The notes under the pieces: model-generated
What the model saw: the letters and a program-made list of their open reading frames with translations, nothing else
Databases searched by the model: none
Told to the model about the DNA's origin: nothing
Shown: one piece after another, positions 51,131-63,694 of the stretch
Layout: each line of letters begins with the position of its first letter
How positions within the stretch are numbered: the stretch's first letter is position 1
Made by a program: the position numbers and the translations under genes
NCBI GenBank assembly: GCA_965287045.1
Contig: OZ336880.1
Location: 43,524,001 to 43,588,000, forward strand
Source: Carcharhinus amblyrhynchos
Taxonomy: Eukaryota
DNA: 64,000 nt
Reading direction: 5' to 3'

Positions 51131-53199
51131 AATCATTTCAACTAGCAGCACACTAACCAAGCGACTGAAGCAAGAATAAACATTCAACAAGCACCACACA
51201 CAGAATACAGAAAGCTACAACGATGACCAAGGAAAAGAGTGAAGTGAAAAAACAGCAAATGGAAAAGAGAGCAGTTTTCTCTTTAAACAGAAAAAATAGA
51301 AAATCTTTCAAAAGGTTAGGGGCACAAAAGGGTACACGTACTGCCCACTTCACTTAGAAAGCCTCAATCAACTCAGATTTTATAACAGTCCAACAATGAG
51401 GTAATCAGTGAAGAATTCTTCTTTATGATTCACTACCTGAAAATGTAGAACCACAGTAATAACTTGTAAAACAGTAAACTACCCTTATTTTGTGCAGAAA
51501 GATGCACTGAAAACTGCCCAGTTAACGTTATAATGCAGTCTATAAATATTATTGGTGCAAACAGCCCATTTCCAAGCTCGGTTTACATGCACCATCATTA
51601 AGGTCCTATTGAAAGTCTACTGCAGTCTTGTTTTGAACACCAACCAAACGTTAAGGTTCAGTCTCACAACTGTATAAAGCGTCTCTAATGTTTCTTTATG
51701 CTAAAAGATGCATGGACTATTTCAGCTTTGCATATTCAGATGATAGAACATTGATACTCATTATTTTCAGACTCTAAACACTGAAGCAGTGTCAAGAATG
51801 CATCCATCACAAGGAAGCTACTGATGGCGATATTTTCAACTGCATCAGCAAATTTTGCATTTACAATTTCTGTAAGTGACATGTTTTTTATTAGACGGAG
51901 ATCATTTTCAAACAACAAGATCATGAGTCTGATGCTTTGTTGCACCTCTTAGCAGCCTACCTAATGACAGTAATTAACAGTCTGCAATTAGCATCCACTT
52001 CAGAAGACATTTTAATGTTAATTTGCCTTCTCTAATGTGATGCACAGCTGTGCAACAAGATGCATGCCATGAATTGTACATGAAACTGGGAGCCTGATCT
52101 TTCTGGCAAAATCTAAGTATGGTTTAGTATAAAAAAAACTCTGCTAATACAGATTGTTAAAAAGTATCATCACAATACCAGCCAAATAAGTTCTGCTGAT
52201 ACTGTGTTTTTAATATTTCTTGCAAAATAGGTGACTCATTAACTTGTTAATTTCAGTTGGAAATCATATTTTTTGGATTAGAAATTACACTGTTCAGAAC
52301 ATGCTAAACCTTACAGTACCTCATATACAGCTTTGCGTGCGAGTAACTGTGGCTGCAGCTTTCAGCATAGCTATCACGTTACAACCTTATTAAACTACTA
52401 AAGAGCAGCACCAGGTCATCCCCAGGGCTCCCATCTGCCCCACACAGTGCACCTCCCTCCAGGAAAACACTTTAAACACAACCCTGTGCTGAATAAAATG
52501 GTCTGCTTTAAATGATCAAGTTATATAAAACAATTTAGTAAAATGTTACTTTCATATTTTAGCCATTGTGATCAAAGAAGATACTATGTAATCTGCATAG
52601 TATGTTGAGAATCTGAATATACTGCATTTAGTTGAGTGGTGAATACCTTAGGTTTATATTATTTGCTTCAAATAACTAGTTACACATTCATTGAAAGCTA
52701 TTTTGTGGAGGAGGAGGAGGAAAAGAGTCTAAATGTGTATTTGATTCTGTCTAAAGTTTATGACTTGGAAGTTTAAAAACGTGAATACTGTAAAACAGAC
52801 ATCTGATATCAAGCATTTTTCTCACTCTCATCACAAAAAAATACATGAGAAAATAAAAGCTGGAATGATTGCAATGACGCCATAAATCCCACAGGAATGT
52901 CTGCCATACGCATAAACATTGTAATAGCTGCTCGACTCTTACTATATTCCACGTTTAGTATGCATGCAATTAAAAATGCACAAACCAACATACCTCAGCT
53001 GTGGTAAAACTTCCATTTTCCTGGATTAACAATGGATCCAATATGAATTTAGGGGGCAGCGCAATATATGTATTGTCTCCTTTAAGACCAACTGCCATTA
53101 TTAAAGTTTGTTACAACCAGTACTCTAATTCAATAATCATTTTTTTTTGGCTCAGCTCCTTCAATATTTCTTTTCAGGTCCTTCATCCCCACAACAGTA

Positions 53200-53350
53200 C
53201 CATAGAATCTCTACAATGCAGGAGACCATTTGGCCCATTAGTTTGCACTGACTCTCCAAAAGAGCAACCCACCCAGGTTCATCCCCACGTGCACTATCCC
53301 CATCACCATATGGATTTACCATGGCCAATCTACCTAACCTGCACATCCTG
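53200..53350 (-). mobile_element. HE1-type SINE 3' fragment, followed by an L2-like 3' fragment (~53350-53700, +)
   Basis: CATAGAATCTCTACAATGCAGGAGACCATTTGGCCC..GGCCAATCTACCTAACCTGCACATC, then CCTTAAAACCCACCTCTTTCACCAAAGCTTTGG..ATGTTAAAGG..GCTATAAA. Confidence 0.75.
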
Positions 53351-54119
53351 GTAATTGCCTCAAATCAAAAATCCTTGACGTAATAGCAATGTATGGCCTC
53401 ACTCCTCTTCATCGCCACCTCTCTTCCAGTTCCAAAATACCCAACATCTCTCTAAATTCATTTCCTGACTCCAGCCTCATTAATCCTCCACGCCTCTTTG
53501 CCCACATGGAGCCAAGGATTCAATCTTCTAGGTCCCATTCTCTTGAATTCCTCCATCTCCTTCTTTTCAAGATATTCCTTAAAACCCACCTCTTTCACCA
53601 AAGCTTTGGTCTTTCCCTCCTAATCTCTACTTTCCCATCCCTGTAAAACACCTTGGAAGATCTATGTTAAAGGAATGCTATAAAAGCAATCCATAGTTGT
53701 TTCCCTTTTGCTTTCTTGACCACAGGAGCAGCATGGCCAAATCGCTCATTCCAATGAAATTATATTAAAATCAAGGCTCACCAGCATTCATTTAATTCCT
53801 TTACCAGCAAGGCAGGAAATACAGTTAAAATTACTTCCCCAAAATAAATAAATCTACCATCATTTATAGTGGCCTAGGAAGCAAATTTGTTTGTAGAATC
53901 AGCCTCATTAGCACTTAGGAAACTAAAATATGTTTTGAAAGGTACACAGGTTTTGCTGATATTTCAATATTTGTTCCTTCAGGAAATCAGCTTGACTTAC
54001 TCATACCCATTTAAAATGCATATTTATTCAAGGTTGAGGTAAATTTATCATTGACAACATTACCCAAACCTGGCAGCCATTAGGCAAAATGTAGTTGTTG
54101 TTTTAAAAAGAGTACCAAC

Positions 54120-54316
54120 CTGTTGGTGTTCCACTGCAGGCAGAAGAGGATGGTGTAACTGGTGGCGTCCCTGGAAAAGCTGAACTCCCATTGCCAGGGT
54201 GAGGTGATGCAGGTGTGCCCCCTCTTCCCACAGGACTGGAAAGGGCTGGGGTTAACTTAGCCTGATGTCTTTTTCTCATCTGCTCACGTTCGCGGCGGGC
54301 AGCATCAGTTAGAAAC
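54120..54316 (-). CDS. jazf1-like: JAZF1-family zinc-finger protein, internal coding exon (197 nt; equivalent to JAZF1 exon 3)
   Basis: TATTCAG|G acceptor and CAG|GTTGGT donor. Encodes (R)FLTDAARREREQMRKRHQAKLTPALSSPVGRGGTPASPHPGNGSSAFPGTPPVTPSSSACSGTPT(G); FxTDAARRE and TPPxTPSSS...TPTG match JAZF1. Upstream exons not found in the window. Confidence 0.93.
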
Positions 54317-56529
54317 CTGAATAGGTTCAGGAACGTCAATAAGAAAAATGGCTATATGATTACTGGTTGTGAAGACCAGGCCACAAATTCCTGCAGCCTA
54401 CTGGCTACTTTTAATATTAAGGTACTTACTGCATCTGCAAATAGAGGTTAAACTTGAAAGATCTTATTACAAGTCTGTGGGAGGCCCATAGCTTTGCTCA
54501 TGGACTCTGGGGATCACCACTTTCAAGGCAAGATGAAACAAAACAAGTTCCAAAATACCCACAAGCTGTGTGCAAGAGTTTTAACTGGATTAACATTTAT
54601 TGACTATTTAAGCTTTCCTCTATTTTGCTCGAGGACAAAATAAAGAAGTTCAAACTCGAGTTGTGGCACTGATAACTGGACCTCAAAAGTAAACATCAAA
54701 ATTTCAACTACTGTAATCTTTTTTCTTCATGTTTGCCTGGGATATTTATGTTCCTACCTCAATGGAAATTACATTCTGATCTCATGCAACTATCTAGTCA
54801 GTTATCATCTGTAGTTTAAACTGTTAGATCCTTGCAAGAAAAAAAACTTAAGGGTTTATGCTGAGTTGGCATTTTGTATTGATTTTATGATACACAGGTA
54901 TTATGATTTATAGAGTGGCCATGTCAGTTTAACAAGCTGAAGGACACACAATAACTCCAGCATCATTAAAATTCAGAAGCCTCTGGAGCTAACTTGGTAC
55001 ACAGTCATTCAGTACATTTGGACAGCAGGGGCCCTGTGCATGTGGGATATCACCAATTCTGTAAATAAGCTTACAGTAAATAAGGCTAAGCTTTACTCTG
55101 GGTTGAGGAATGTAAAGCAGGGAGGAAATCTTATTTGTCACTTATAACTGGTGACATATCTATCCTTAAAGAGTGATAAACAATAAGGATTTTAATTACA
55201 GATCATAAATGGACAAAAGGCCATTTTGTGATGTATCAGAGACCTCTATGGGTCATTGTGAATCATGACAAATATGCACTTAATTCAGTCAACAGTACTG
55301 TCCAATTGGTTATTTTTTCTAATATCTTGTATAATTATATTTAGAAGGGGGAGGTTCATAATGAGCTGTGCATTTTTTTTCTGTTTTTTGCAGTTAGTGA
55401 ATAGGAGAATAAACCATATGGACCTGTCAAGCCTGTCCACCATTCAACACAATCATGGATGATCTTTGGCTTCAACTTCCCTGAGATCAAAAATCTGTCT
55501 ATCTCAGCCTTAAATGTACTTAATGATGGAGTATCCATAACCCTCAGTTGTGAGGAATTTCAAGGCTTCACAGCCTTTCTCTTCATCTCAGTCCTAAATT
55601 ATTGTCCCCTTACCCCGAGACTGAGCCCCCATGTTATAGATTCTCCAACTCAAGGAAACAGCCTCCCAATGCCTATCCTGTCAAGCCCCCTCAGTAGATT
55701 GCACAATTCAATTAGATCACCTCTCATTCTAACAAATTCCAAGTAATTCAGCCTCTCATCATGAACATTGGCCATACTGCCTTCAATGACAAGTATATCC
55801 TTCTTTAAATATGGAGACCAAAACTGCACATACTCCAGACGCTGTCTCACCAAACCCCTGTACAACTGTAGCAGGACGTCTTTATTCTTGTTACCCCATC
55901 CACTTGCAATAAAGGCCAACATGCCATTGACCTTCACTGTTGCTTGTTGTATAGGCATGCGAACTTTCTGTGGATCTTGTTTAAGCGCACCCAACTCCCT
56001 CTGAACATCAGCAAATTTCATGCCTCTTAAAAAGAATTTTGCCTTTTTATTCTTACAACTAAAGTAAATAACCTCACACTTGCCGACATTATAATCCATC
56101 TGCCACTTTGTTGTCCAATCATTTAACCTGTCCATACCTTTTTGCAGACTCTTTCTGAAAGGGAAGTAATATTTAATTAGTTTATTCGGGAAGTGACAAG
56201 TAGATCTGATGTATTTGTAATTCCAAAAGGTATTTGACAAAGTGGTACATCATAGATAACCACAAAATATAAGATTTTGTGTCAGGAATACCATATTAAC
56301 ATGGATAAAGCATTGGTTAGCTAACAGGAAACAGAGTAGGGATAAATGGGTCATTTTCAGGTTGGCAAGATGTAAGCAATGAAATGCCACAGAGATCAGT
56401 GTTGGGACATCAATTACTTACAATCTATATCAATGACTTGGATGAAATGACCAAATGATGGGTGCGAAATTTGCTAGTGACACAAAAATAGTTAGGAGAG
56501 TAAGTTGCGAAGTGGACATAAGAGCCTGG

Positions 56530-58057
56530 AGTCAGAGTTTCCAATTATCATAAGTGCCTTTTAAGAGTGCAAGCTAGTATGGGTGAAAGCCTACGGGCCA
56601 GATTTTACCAATTGGAGGCTAAGTGCTGGATCTGGACGTCTGTGCCCGGAATCCCCATTCCAGCGCACCCATACGCTTTTTGCCGGCTCCGGTCCAGTTG
56701 CGCTGTGGGCGGCGCTTAGCGCTGCCGGAACGGTCAGAGCTCTGAACTGCGCATGCGCAGTTCAAAGAAAATCTGAAACAGCGCACCCACCTGAAACAGA
56801 GGGGCGGGGGGGGGTGGTGGGAATGAGCCTGCAGGACCTTCTTGGCTTTCCCTTCCACTGGCATCTGCCGGAGGGGGGTGGGCTCAGATGGATCTCTGGT
56901 TGGGGAGGGGGGTGGAGATTCTCCCATGTCCATCCTCCCCCCCATACTCCACCACCAACTCCAACCCCCCTCCCCACCACCCCAACCAGAGATCCATCTG
57001 AGCCCACCCCCTCCTCTGGCAGACGCCAGTGGAAGGCCAAGAAGGTGTTGCAGGCTGTCCGAGTGCAGTAAGAAGTCTCACAACAACAGTCCAACAGGAC
57101 TTTAACCTGGTGTTGTGAGACTTCTTACTGTGTTGACCCCAGCCCAACGCCAGCATCTGCACATCAACGAGTGCAGGTCAGAAGGACGGTGGAGGGAATC
57201 AAGGTAGGTTGGGGGTGTGCTCTGCCGAGGGGGCCCTCATCCACCCCCCATGGCCTCTCATGCCCTCGCAGCCAAGATATGGCACTTCCATGCCCATTCA
57301 TTCATTAAATATCATGTACAATCAAAAGACACCCCAATGACAATAGAATCTATAAACAAAGCTTTAAAAAAATTGTTCTTTCCTTACTTTTCACTGCATT
57401 AACAAAATCCTTTTACTACAGGACAACAGAAGTGTCAGTTATCCAGTAATGACAGCAGAAACAGCAAGCACTTGAAATTCCTTAACCTTGTATAAATAAA
57501 CATTGTGCAATTGGCAGTAGAGGTCAGAGAGTTCACACTGACAATCAAGTAATATTATGCTACAGCTCATGTGTTTTAGTACTCTGATAAATGTCTGGTC
57601 CCTCAACCAAGACTGTATAATGAAGCTTGGCTAAGTCCAGAAATCCACTACTTTGTTGAAACACCTTGAAAAAAAAGTAATGAATGAATAAAAAATAATT
57701 TTAACAAAACGCATCCTATTGTCACAATAGTTCATTGGTTCTCCACAGTGTATAGTGAGTCAATGGACATGGAAGTGCCATAGTTTGGCATACGGGGCAA
57801 GAGGATCCAAGGGGAGCTGAGTGTAGGGTGGTATGGCTGGCAAGGGATGCATGGGGATTGAGAGGTTTGAGGCCCTTAAATTTTTCATTATAATAAGGCC
57901 AAAGTCCCATGGCATTGAGATGGGTTGTCATCCAGCAGCCCCTCTGGCTTACTTTGACCTCTTTCGTAGGTCGGCTGGCTGGACTGCAATAAAGATCCTG
58001 TGAGGTTATTTTACTGACTTCTGCTACCCGCCTTGGTGATGAAAATCCAAGCCAAGG
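56530..58057. mobile_element. Probable non-autonomous DNA transposon(s), Harbinger-like termini, with internal inverted repeats
   Basis: Interrupts the plus-strand CR1. GGGCCAGATTTT at 56595 and GAAAATCCAAGCC at ~58041-58053. Internal IRs 56828-56905/56980-57055 and ~57271-57298/57764-57789. Confidence 0.55.
57069..57167. mobile_element. ~100-bp inverted Penelope-like insertion with 9-bp TSD
   Basis: CAGTAAGAAGTCTCACAACA / TGTTGTGAGACTTCTTACTG inverted pair plus terminal ..GCATCTGCACATCA. TSD CGAGTGCAG at 57060-57068 and 57168-57176. Confidence 0.85.
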
Positions 58058-58374
58058 GAGTCTGCAAGGGGATATAGATAGGTCCAATGAACAGGCAAAA
58101 AAATTAGGAGTGTGAGTATAATGCAGGAAAACGTGAAATTGCTATTTTGGCTGGAAAAAATAGAAAAGTAACATATTATTTAAATTAAGAGAGATTGCAA
58201 AGGTACCAAGGGATAAGGTCCCCTGATACATTAATTACAAATGGTTAGTATGCAACTACAGCAAGTGATTAGAAAATGACGTGTTGTCACTTGTGGCAAG
58301 GTGAATGAAATATAAAAGTAGGGACATTTTCCTATAGTTGTACAGGGTATTGGTGAGACGTCACCTGGGCTACT

Positions 58375-58560
58375 TAAGGTGGGTGTCTTTCAGGTCAAAC
58401 CAAGTAAACAAACTTAAATTACATTCGGACAAAGAAAAAGGGGGCGGCTCCCCAAAAGGAGGGGGAAAGCCTCGAACAGAAACAAAAAGTACAAAGGAAA
58501 CTTAAGACACGTCAAATCAAAATGTGATTGTCAGGGTCTATAAGGCACCTCAGCCCCTTG
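58375..58560 (-). mobile_element. Short insertion within CR1, possibly a Tx1/L1-like 3' end
   Basis: Non-CR1 segment between CR1 'HLGY' and 'AVQRKF' homology. Family assignment is tentative. Confidence 0.4.
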
Positions 58561-59758
58561 AATTATAAGGCAGTTCAGAGAAAGTTCTCTGAAATGTTCC
58601 TGGGATGAGTGTGTTGTTGTATGAGGAAAGGTTGGCAGATTTGGCCTGTATCCATTAGAGTTTAGAAGGGTAAGATACGATCTTATTGAAAAATACAAGA
58701 TCCTGGGGATCTTGACAGAGTGAATGCTGAAAAGACATTTCTACTTACGGGAGAAACCAGAATTAGGGGACACGGGTTAAAGCTGAGAGATCTACCATTT
58801 AAGAGGGAGAAGAGATTTCGTTTTTCTTTGAGTGGTTCCCCAGTGAGCACCGGAGGTAGGTTCGTTGAATATTTTTAAGCCTAAGTTAGATAGGCTCTTG
58901 ACTGACGAGGTAGTCAAAGGATATAGAGGCGGATAGAAAAGTGGAGGCCAAAATCAGATCAGCCATGATTTTATCAAATGCCGGAGCAAACTTGATGAGG
59001 CGAATGTTTTACTCCAGCTCCTAATTTCTATGTTTGTAGGTGTCCTCCTCACAGTTTGCATTACCAGCTAACTTTGATAGTCAGCAAATTGATACCTCAC
59101 TCTCTGTCCCCTGATCTAAGTCTTGAATATACATTGTAAACAGCTGAGGTCCCAGTGTTGATCCTTACAGCACTCCACTAATCACAATCAACTTGAAAAT
59201 GCCATATGTATCCATATTCTTTGCCTCCTGTCCATTAAACAATCGTCCATAAATATTAATATATTATCCCCAAATCCGCGAGCCAATCTTGTACATTAAT
59301 CTTTTGTGTCACACCTTATTGAATGCCTTTTGGATATCCAAGTATACACTGTCTACTTGGATATCCAAACTCTGTCTGGTTCTCCTTTATCTATCCTACA
59401 AGTTATATCTGCTTAGTTACACCCCACTGTATTTCAAAGGTTATTGGAAATCAACTAATAAAAAACTATAACCTATTGTACTTCCAATGAGACTGAACTT
59501 TGTCAGGTTGCAAACATGAGCATAGCAAAACCATGCAGCGATTGTAAACAAGAATAGGGGACTTTAAATGCATTGGGGTGTGCTGTGGCAATACAAATTG
59601 GTGAGGACAATAAGGGCATTTGGTGACAAGTGAGTAGAATTTGGTGAGGACAGAATGTAGATGGGAGAATTTCAGTTAGGTTGAAGTTTATGTATGGTAG
59701 AGCTCAGTAGGCCTGCCAAAATCTAACCCACCTGATAGAAACCTGTCAATAATAGAAG

Positions 59759-60066
59759 AATAAAATCCCTACAGTACAGGAGGCCATTCAACTGATCAAA
59801 TCTGTATCGAACACAATCCCACCTAGGCCCTATACCCATAGCCTCACATATTTACCCTTCTAATCTCTGCAAAACTAGGGTCAATTTAGCATGGCTAATC
59901 AACCTAACCTGCACATCTTTGGACTTTGGGAAAAACCGGAGCACATGGAGGAAACTCATGCAGACACAGGTGCAAACTCCATACAGACAGTGACCCGAGG
60001 CTGGGATTGAACCCGGGTCCTTGACACTGTGAGGCAGCAGTGCTAACTACTGTGCTACCATGCTGC
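59759..60066 (-). mobile_element. HE1-type SINE, full length
   Basis: GGGATTGAACCCGGGTCC (B box, reverse), GTGCAAACTCCATACAGACAGTGACC core and ATCCCTACAGTACAGGAGGCCATTC tail. Flanked by probable old L2 sequence. Confidence 0.92.
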
Positions 60067-63000
60067 GCAGTGATGATAGCATGGCTAAAGGTTCCAACAG
60101 CCACAAGTGTTAAGTGGTGAAACTGAGCAATGTTATGAAAGTGAAATTAAACAGTTCTATTAATGCATGGCATTTGAAGATTTAAAGCTCAGTTGTTAAA
60201 TCTTAAAGGCACTGAGGTAGTGCACTGCTGAGCAAGCCGATTGTGGGGGGGAGGTGGCAGAACTGAGAGTAAGAATGTTGAGTTTTTGGTGGGAGCTGAA
60301 CAAGGAGGCTTCAGTCTTTCCAATAACGTGATAGAGAAAATTTTGACTAACCCATGATTTGATGCTGCACATTAATCTGATGACAATGATTACTGAGAGC
60401 TGTGATTAGTTACAAATCAATAGAGCTGGGCATCATTTGACTATATTTAGAAGCTAATTCCATAAGAATGAACAACATGAAGGCGGGAAAGAATGGAACT
60501 TTAAGGTGCAGTGGAGCGTACTATGTGGCGCAGAAAGGAAATGTAAATGATGATGTATTATCTACACAGAACAACAATTTTCTAGCTCCAAAACATTGTG
60601 CAGCTGAAAATCCACAGTCTTGGGCCACCTCCTCCAGTCATATGCAAAGTTAGTACAGTCAAGAGAGATCATTTGGTTTGCATGACCCAGTCGAATACAC
60701 ATACCACTATGAGCACACTTTATGTGCCATCTTCACCTAGAAGATGGCAACTTATGGTGGAAGTGTGCTGGTCCAGGAGTTGGGGGAAAGAATTTTAATC
60801 AGTTCTCTTTGTAAGAGGGTTGCGTTTGAAGCCATTTGGTGCCCTGACATGATAGTCTCACTGGTGTATTGGCCGGCAGTCACTCCTCACTAACCGAAAG
60901 AACAAGGATATGGAAACTCCCCCTGCCCTTCGTTGCAGGCAATGTTTGAGCACCCTGTTACTCCATCCCCTAGAATGTCAAGTAGGTATGCCCTTGTTAG
61001 GCTGGGAACAAGTGTCAGTAGTGCAAATCCAGCCATTCAGACACATTCCCACTGAAACTCCATCAAGACTGTAATGTAGTGTACATTTTCAGCCCTTTTT
61101 ATCAAGGAAATAAAGGCTCCCCAAATGACCAAACTAAAATGCATAAAAAGTAATATATGCCAATTTTTTAAAATTTCAGATGATCACCCAAGAGGTTTTA
61201 CCTTCCCCAAAATAAGATTGTTCACCTGAAGGCTACCTCTCGCTAAGCAAAAGTAAGTGGGGCTTTGTAAGAACTATTCCACAAATAAAACTAAGTTCAC
61301 GCACCGCATTTACAGAATTTTGAAAATTCCCTCAAGTTATTTCTAAACTTTCAAATTCAAATTCAAAACGAAATAAATTACAATCACAGTAATCATTTGA
61401 AGCATTCAAGGAATTTGAAAGTGCTTCCCCTTCCCACTTACATTATGAATTTTGCATGGAATTCCAATAGTGACCTGTAGTACATGTTTCTACTAGGCGG
61501 TACATGTAGGAGGCAGTCATTCTCACTAGACATCTAGCTACAGTGCTCGAATCTCCTGCAAACTAATAGGGTTGGCCATGATAGTATAAATGCCAATATG
61601 TGCCTAGCTGAGTTCTGGTTGATTGACTGATCTCTGAATACATACTGCAAAACTTCCATAAAACCACAATGCCAATGCCACAATACATACTTCTCAGATC
61701 TTACTGTGACTGGCAGATTGAGTGGACTGCTGGAGAATGAAAGAAACATTTGGCGCCAAAAGTTGGCTGCACAATTTCCCGTTGTTTCTGCAACTAGAAA
61801 AATGGCACTCAATTCTAATTCCATACAAAGTTTTTCTAAAAGCTTTTTTTTAAAAAAAGACTTCAAATCAAAACTGGCACATGGTTAATTTTGTTTTGCC
61901 CCATCCAAGTTTAGAAAAAAAGCTGTAAAGTAAGACGTTCTATACAGAAAGTCAGCCCGATTTCTTAAGCAACCACAGGAAAAAAAAAGCGTGGAAATAA
62001 GCAAAAATAGGGGTCTTTTTTGAAGATGTTTCGTTCTGCAGCTGTTCATCATGTAGGGACAGGAGCTACTTTCCAAAATACCAAATTAGCACTGTAAACA
62101 TTGAAATCAGACCTTTCAAAATTCAACCTATAGCCCAATTTCTCTTCGATCTTAGTTTAATCTCAATTCATCAATAATGTACACTTATTATGGGATTCTG
62201 ACAGCAAGCTACAGCTTTTGATAAATTATATATCTCAAGCCAGATTTAAAATTTGAAGCCCAAGTGCTAATTAACTATACAGGCCTAGTTAATAACGAGA
62301 TTTCTTGTTGAGAATCTGATCACAGCATGGGCATCATTTGTCAAGAATGCTCAAGTCTACCTTAGAGACCAGTTTCTGTAATTCTCCCATGCCTACCATA
62401 TGTAAAATTGGGATCTTTGTTTCTATAATAACCTTTTATTAGGGAACTGACATAATGATTAAGCTCACTGAGACACATACAATGAATTAGACGATTACCC
62501 TTGCTGCTTTAAGCTACTCAGAATTGCAGCAAGACAAAATAATTAATATTGAATTTTAATTTGATGTGTTCCACATTTAAACCCCAATTTGCAAAGTACA
62601 CCTGGAAAGCTGCCACTGTTCACTCGCAGTTTAAGCTGATGAAAAAAAGGCTCCTGCAGTTTTAAGTACAGGAGTACATAACGCACAATGCTTTACTATG
62701 GAGAAAATATGGACAAAGTAACTACTGAAGCCTGACTTTACAGTCTTCCTACAACATATATACAGAAATTTTTAAGCCATTTATAAAGAATGTTCTGTGT
62801 CAACTGGTTTAGAAAAATAAAATCAAACTCCTTGTACTGCTTTTTAATGTTGATATTGAATATAGAACAGTACAGCCCAGGAACAGGCCCTTCGGCCCAC
62901 GATGTTGTGCCGAACAAATGATGAAATTACTTGCATATATTTATTAACTCAATGTTATCTTTGCAAATGTTTCACATTTCACTAATTTTATTTTAAAACG

Positions 63001-63694
63001 GTGGACATATTTGTCAAATTGATTTGAATAGGACATCAACATCAAACTTCAATTTTCAGAAGTTTTATTCTAAAAATGATATTTAACGTGTGACCAAATT
63101 CTAATGCAGTGCACGTTCCACTTTGTCTCACGAAAGATCAACCCTGGATGAATAGCTTGCTTAAAATTATATCACTTGTGTTTGACACATACCTGCATTT
63201 CTTGCATACCAATTATTGAGCTTTAGACTCCCAGACATGGATTGAAAAGATGCATAATCATGCCTCTTTTTGAACTGGAAGATACATTCAGGTCAGCTAT
63301 TATTTTTAAGGATGCAACTTCCCTCAAAAAACAAATTCCAGGTGCATTGAGGATTACTGTTTACAGCTTTAAATGTCTTATTTATATTTCCTGACAAAAT
63401 GGTAAGTAATCATTGGGCATGCACTATTGAGAACTCTCACAATGTCATTGCTGAAAGCAACATATGTTGAAACAGCATGTATGATTTTTCCCTAGTTTAA
63501 TACATAAATGAATAAGAAACAGAGAATGGTTGTGTGTGTGCGCAAGCTAAACAGCATAGTTTGTTGAGGTATGGTATGGAGTAACAAGAAGGTGGGTTCA
63601 TTTTGGTTTTTTTCTACATTGAAAGGCCTAAGTCCTGGACATGGAATTAACAGAGAGTCAAGAATCTCTGAACCCGGACTAGATGAGGGAAAGA

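Larger units (their letters stand above)
56153..59038 (+). mobile_element. Old CR1 LINE split into ~56153-56528 and 58058-59038
   Basis: VDLMYL.FQKVFDKV..LLTIYINDLDE..KFASDTKI..SCEVDIR resumes at ~58058 as SLQGDIDR; 3' UTR AGATCAGCCATGAT..TACTCCAGCTCCTAATTTCTATG. Confidence 0.8.
55400..59400 (-). mobile_element. Old CR1 LINE split into 55400-56152 and 59040-59400
   Basis: Minus-strand reading ..KFAD..ANCEEDT (ends ~59040) continues as KSLQKGMDRLNDW..QMDYNVGKCEVI (from ~56152; ORF 55650-56240). Confidence 0.8.

Noticed and set aside
50951-51199. ORFs spanning the N run
   Set aside because: Artefacts of the assembly gap.
55400-56530. Twin-priming 5' inversion of a single CR1
   Set aside because: Each half has a precise continuation further right (58058 and 59040), so nesting of two elements is simpler.
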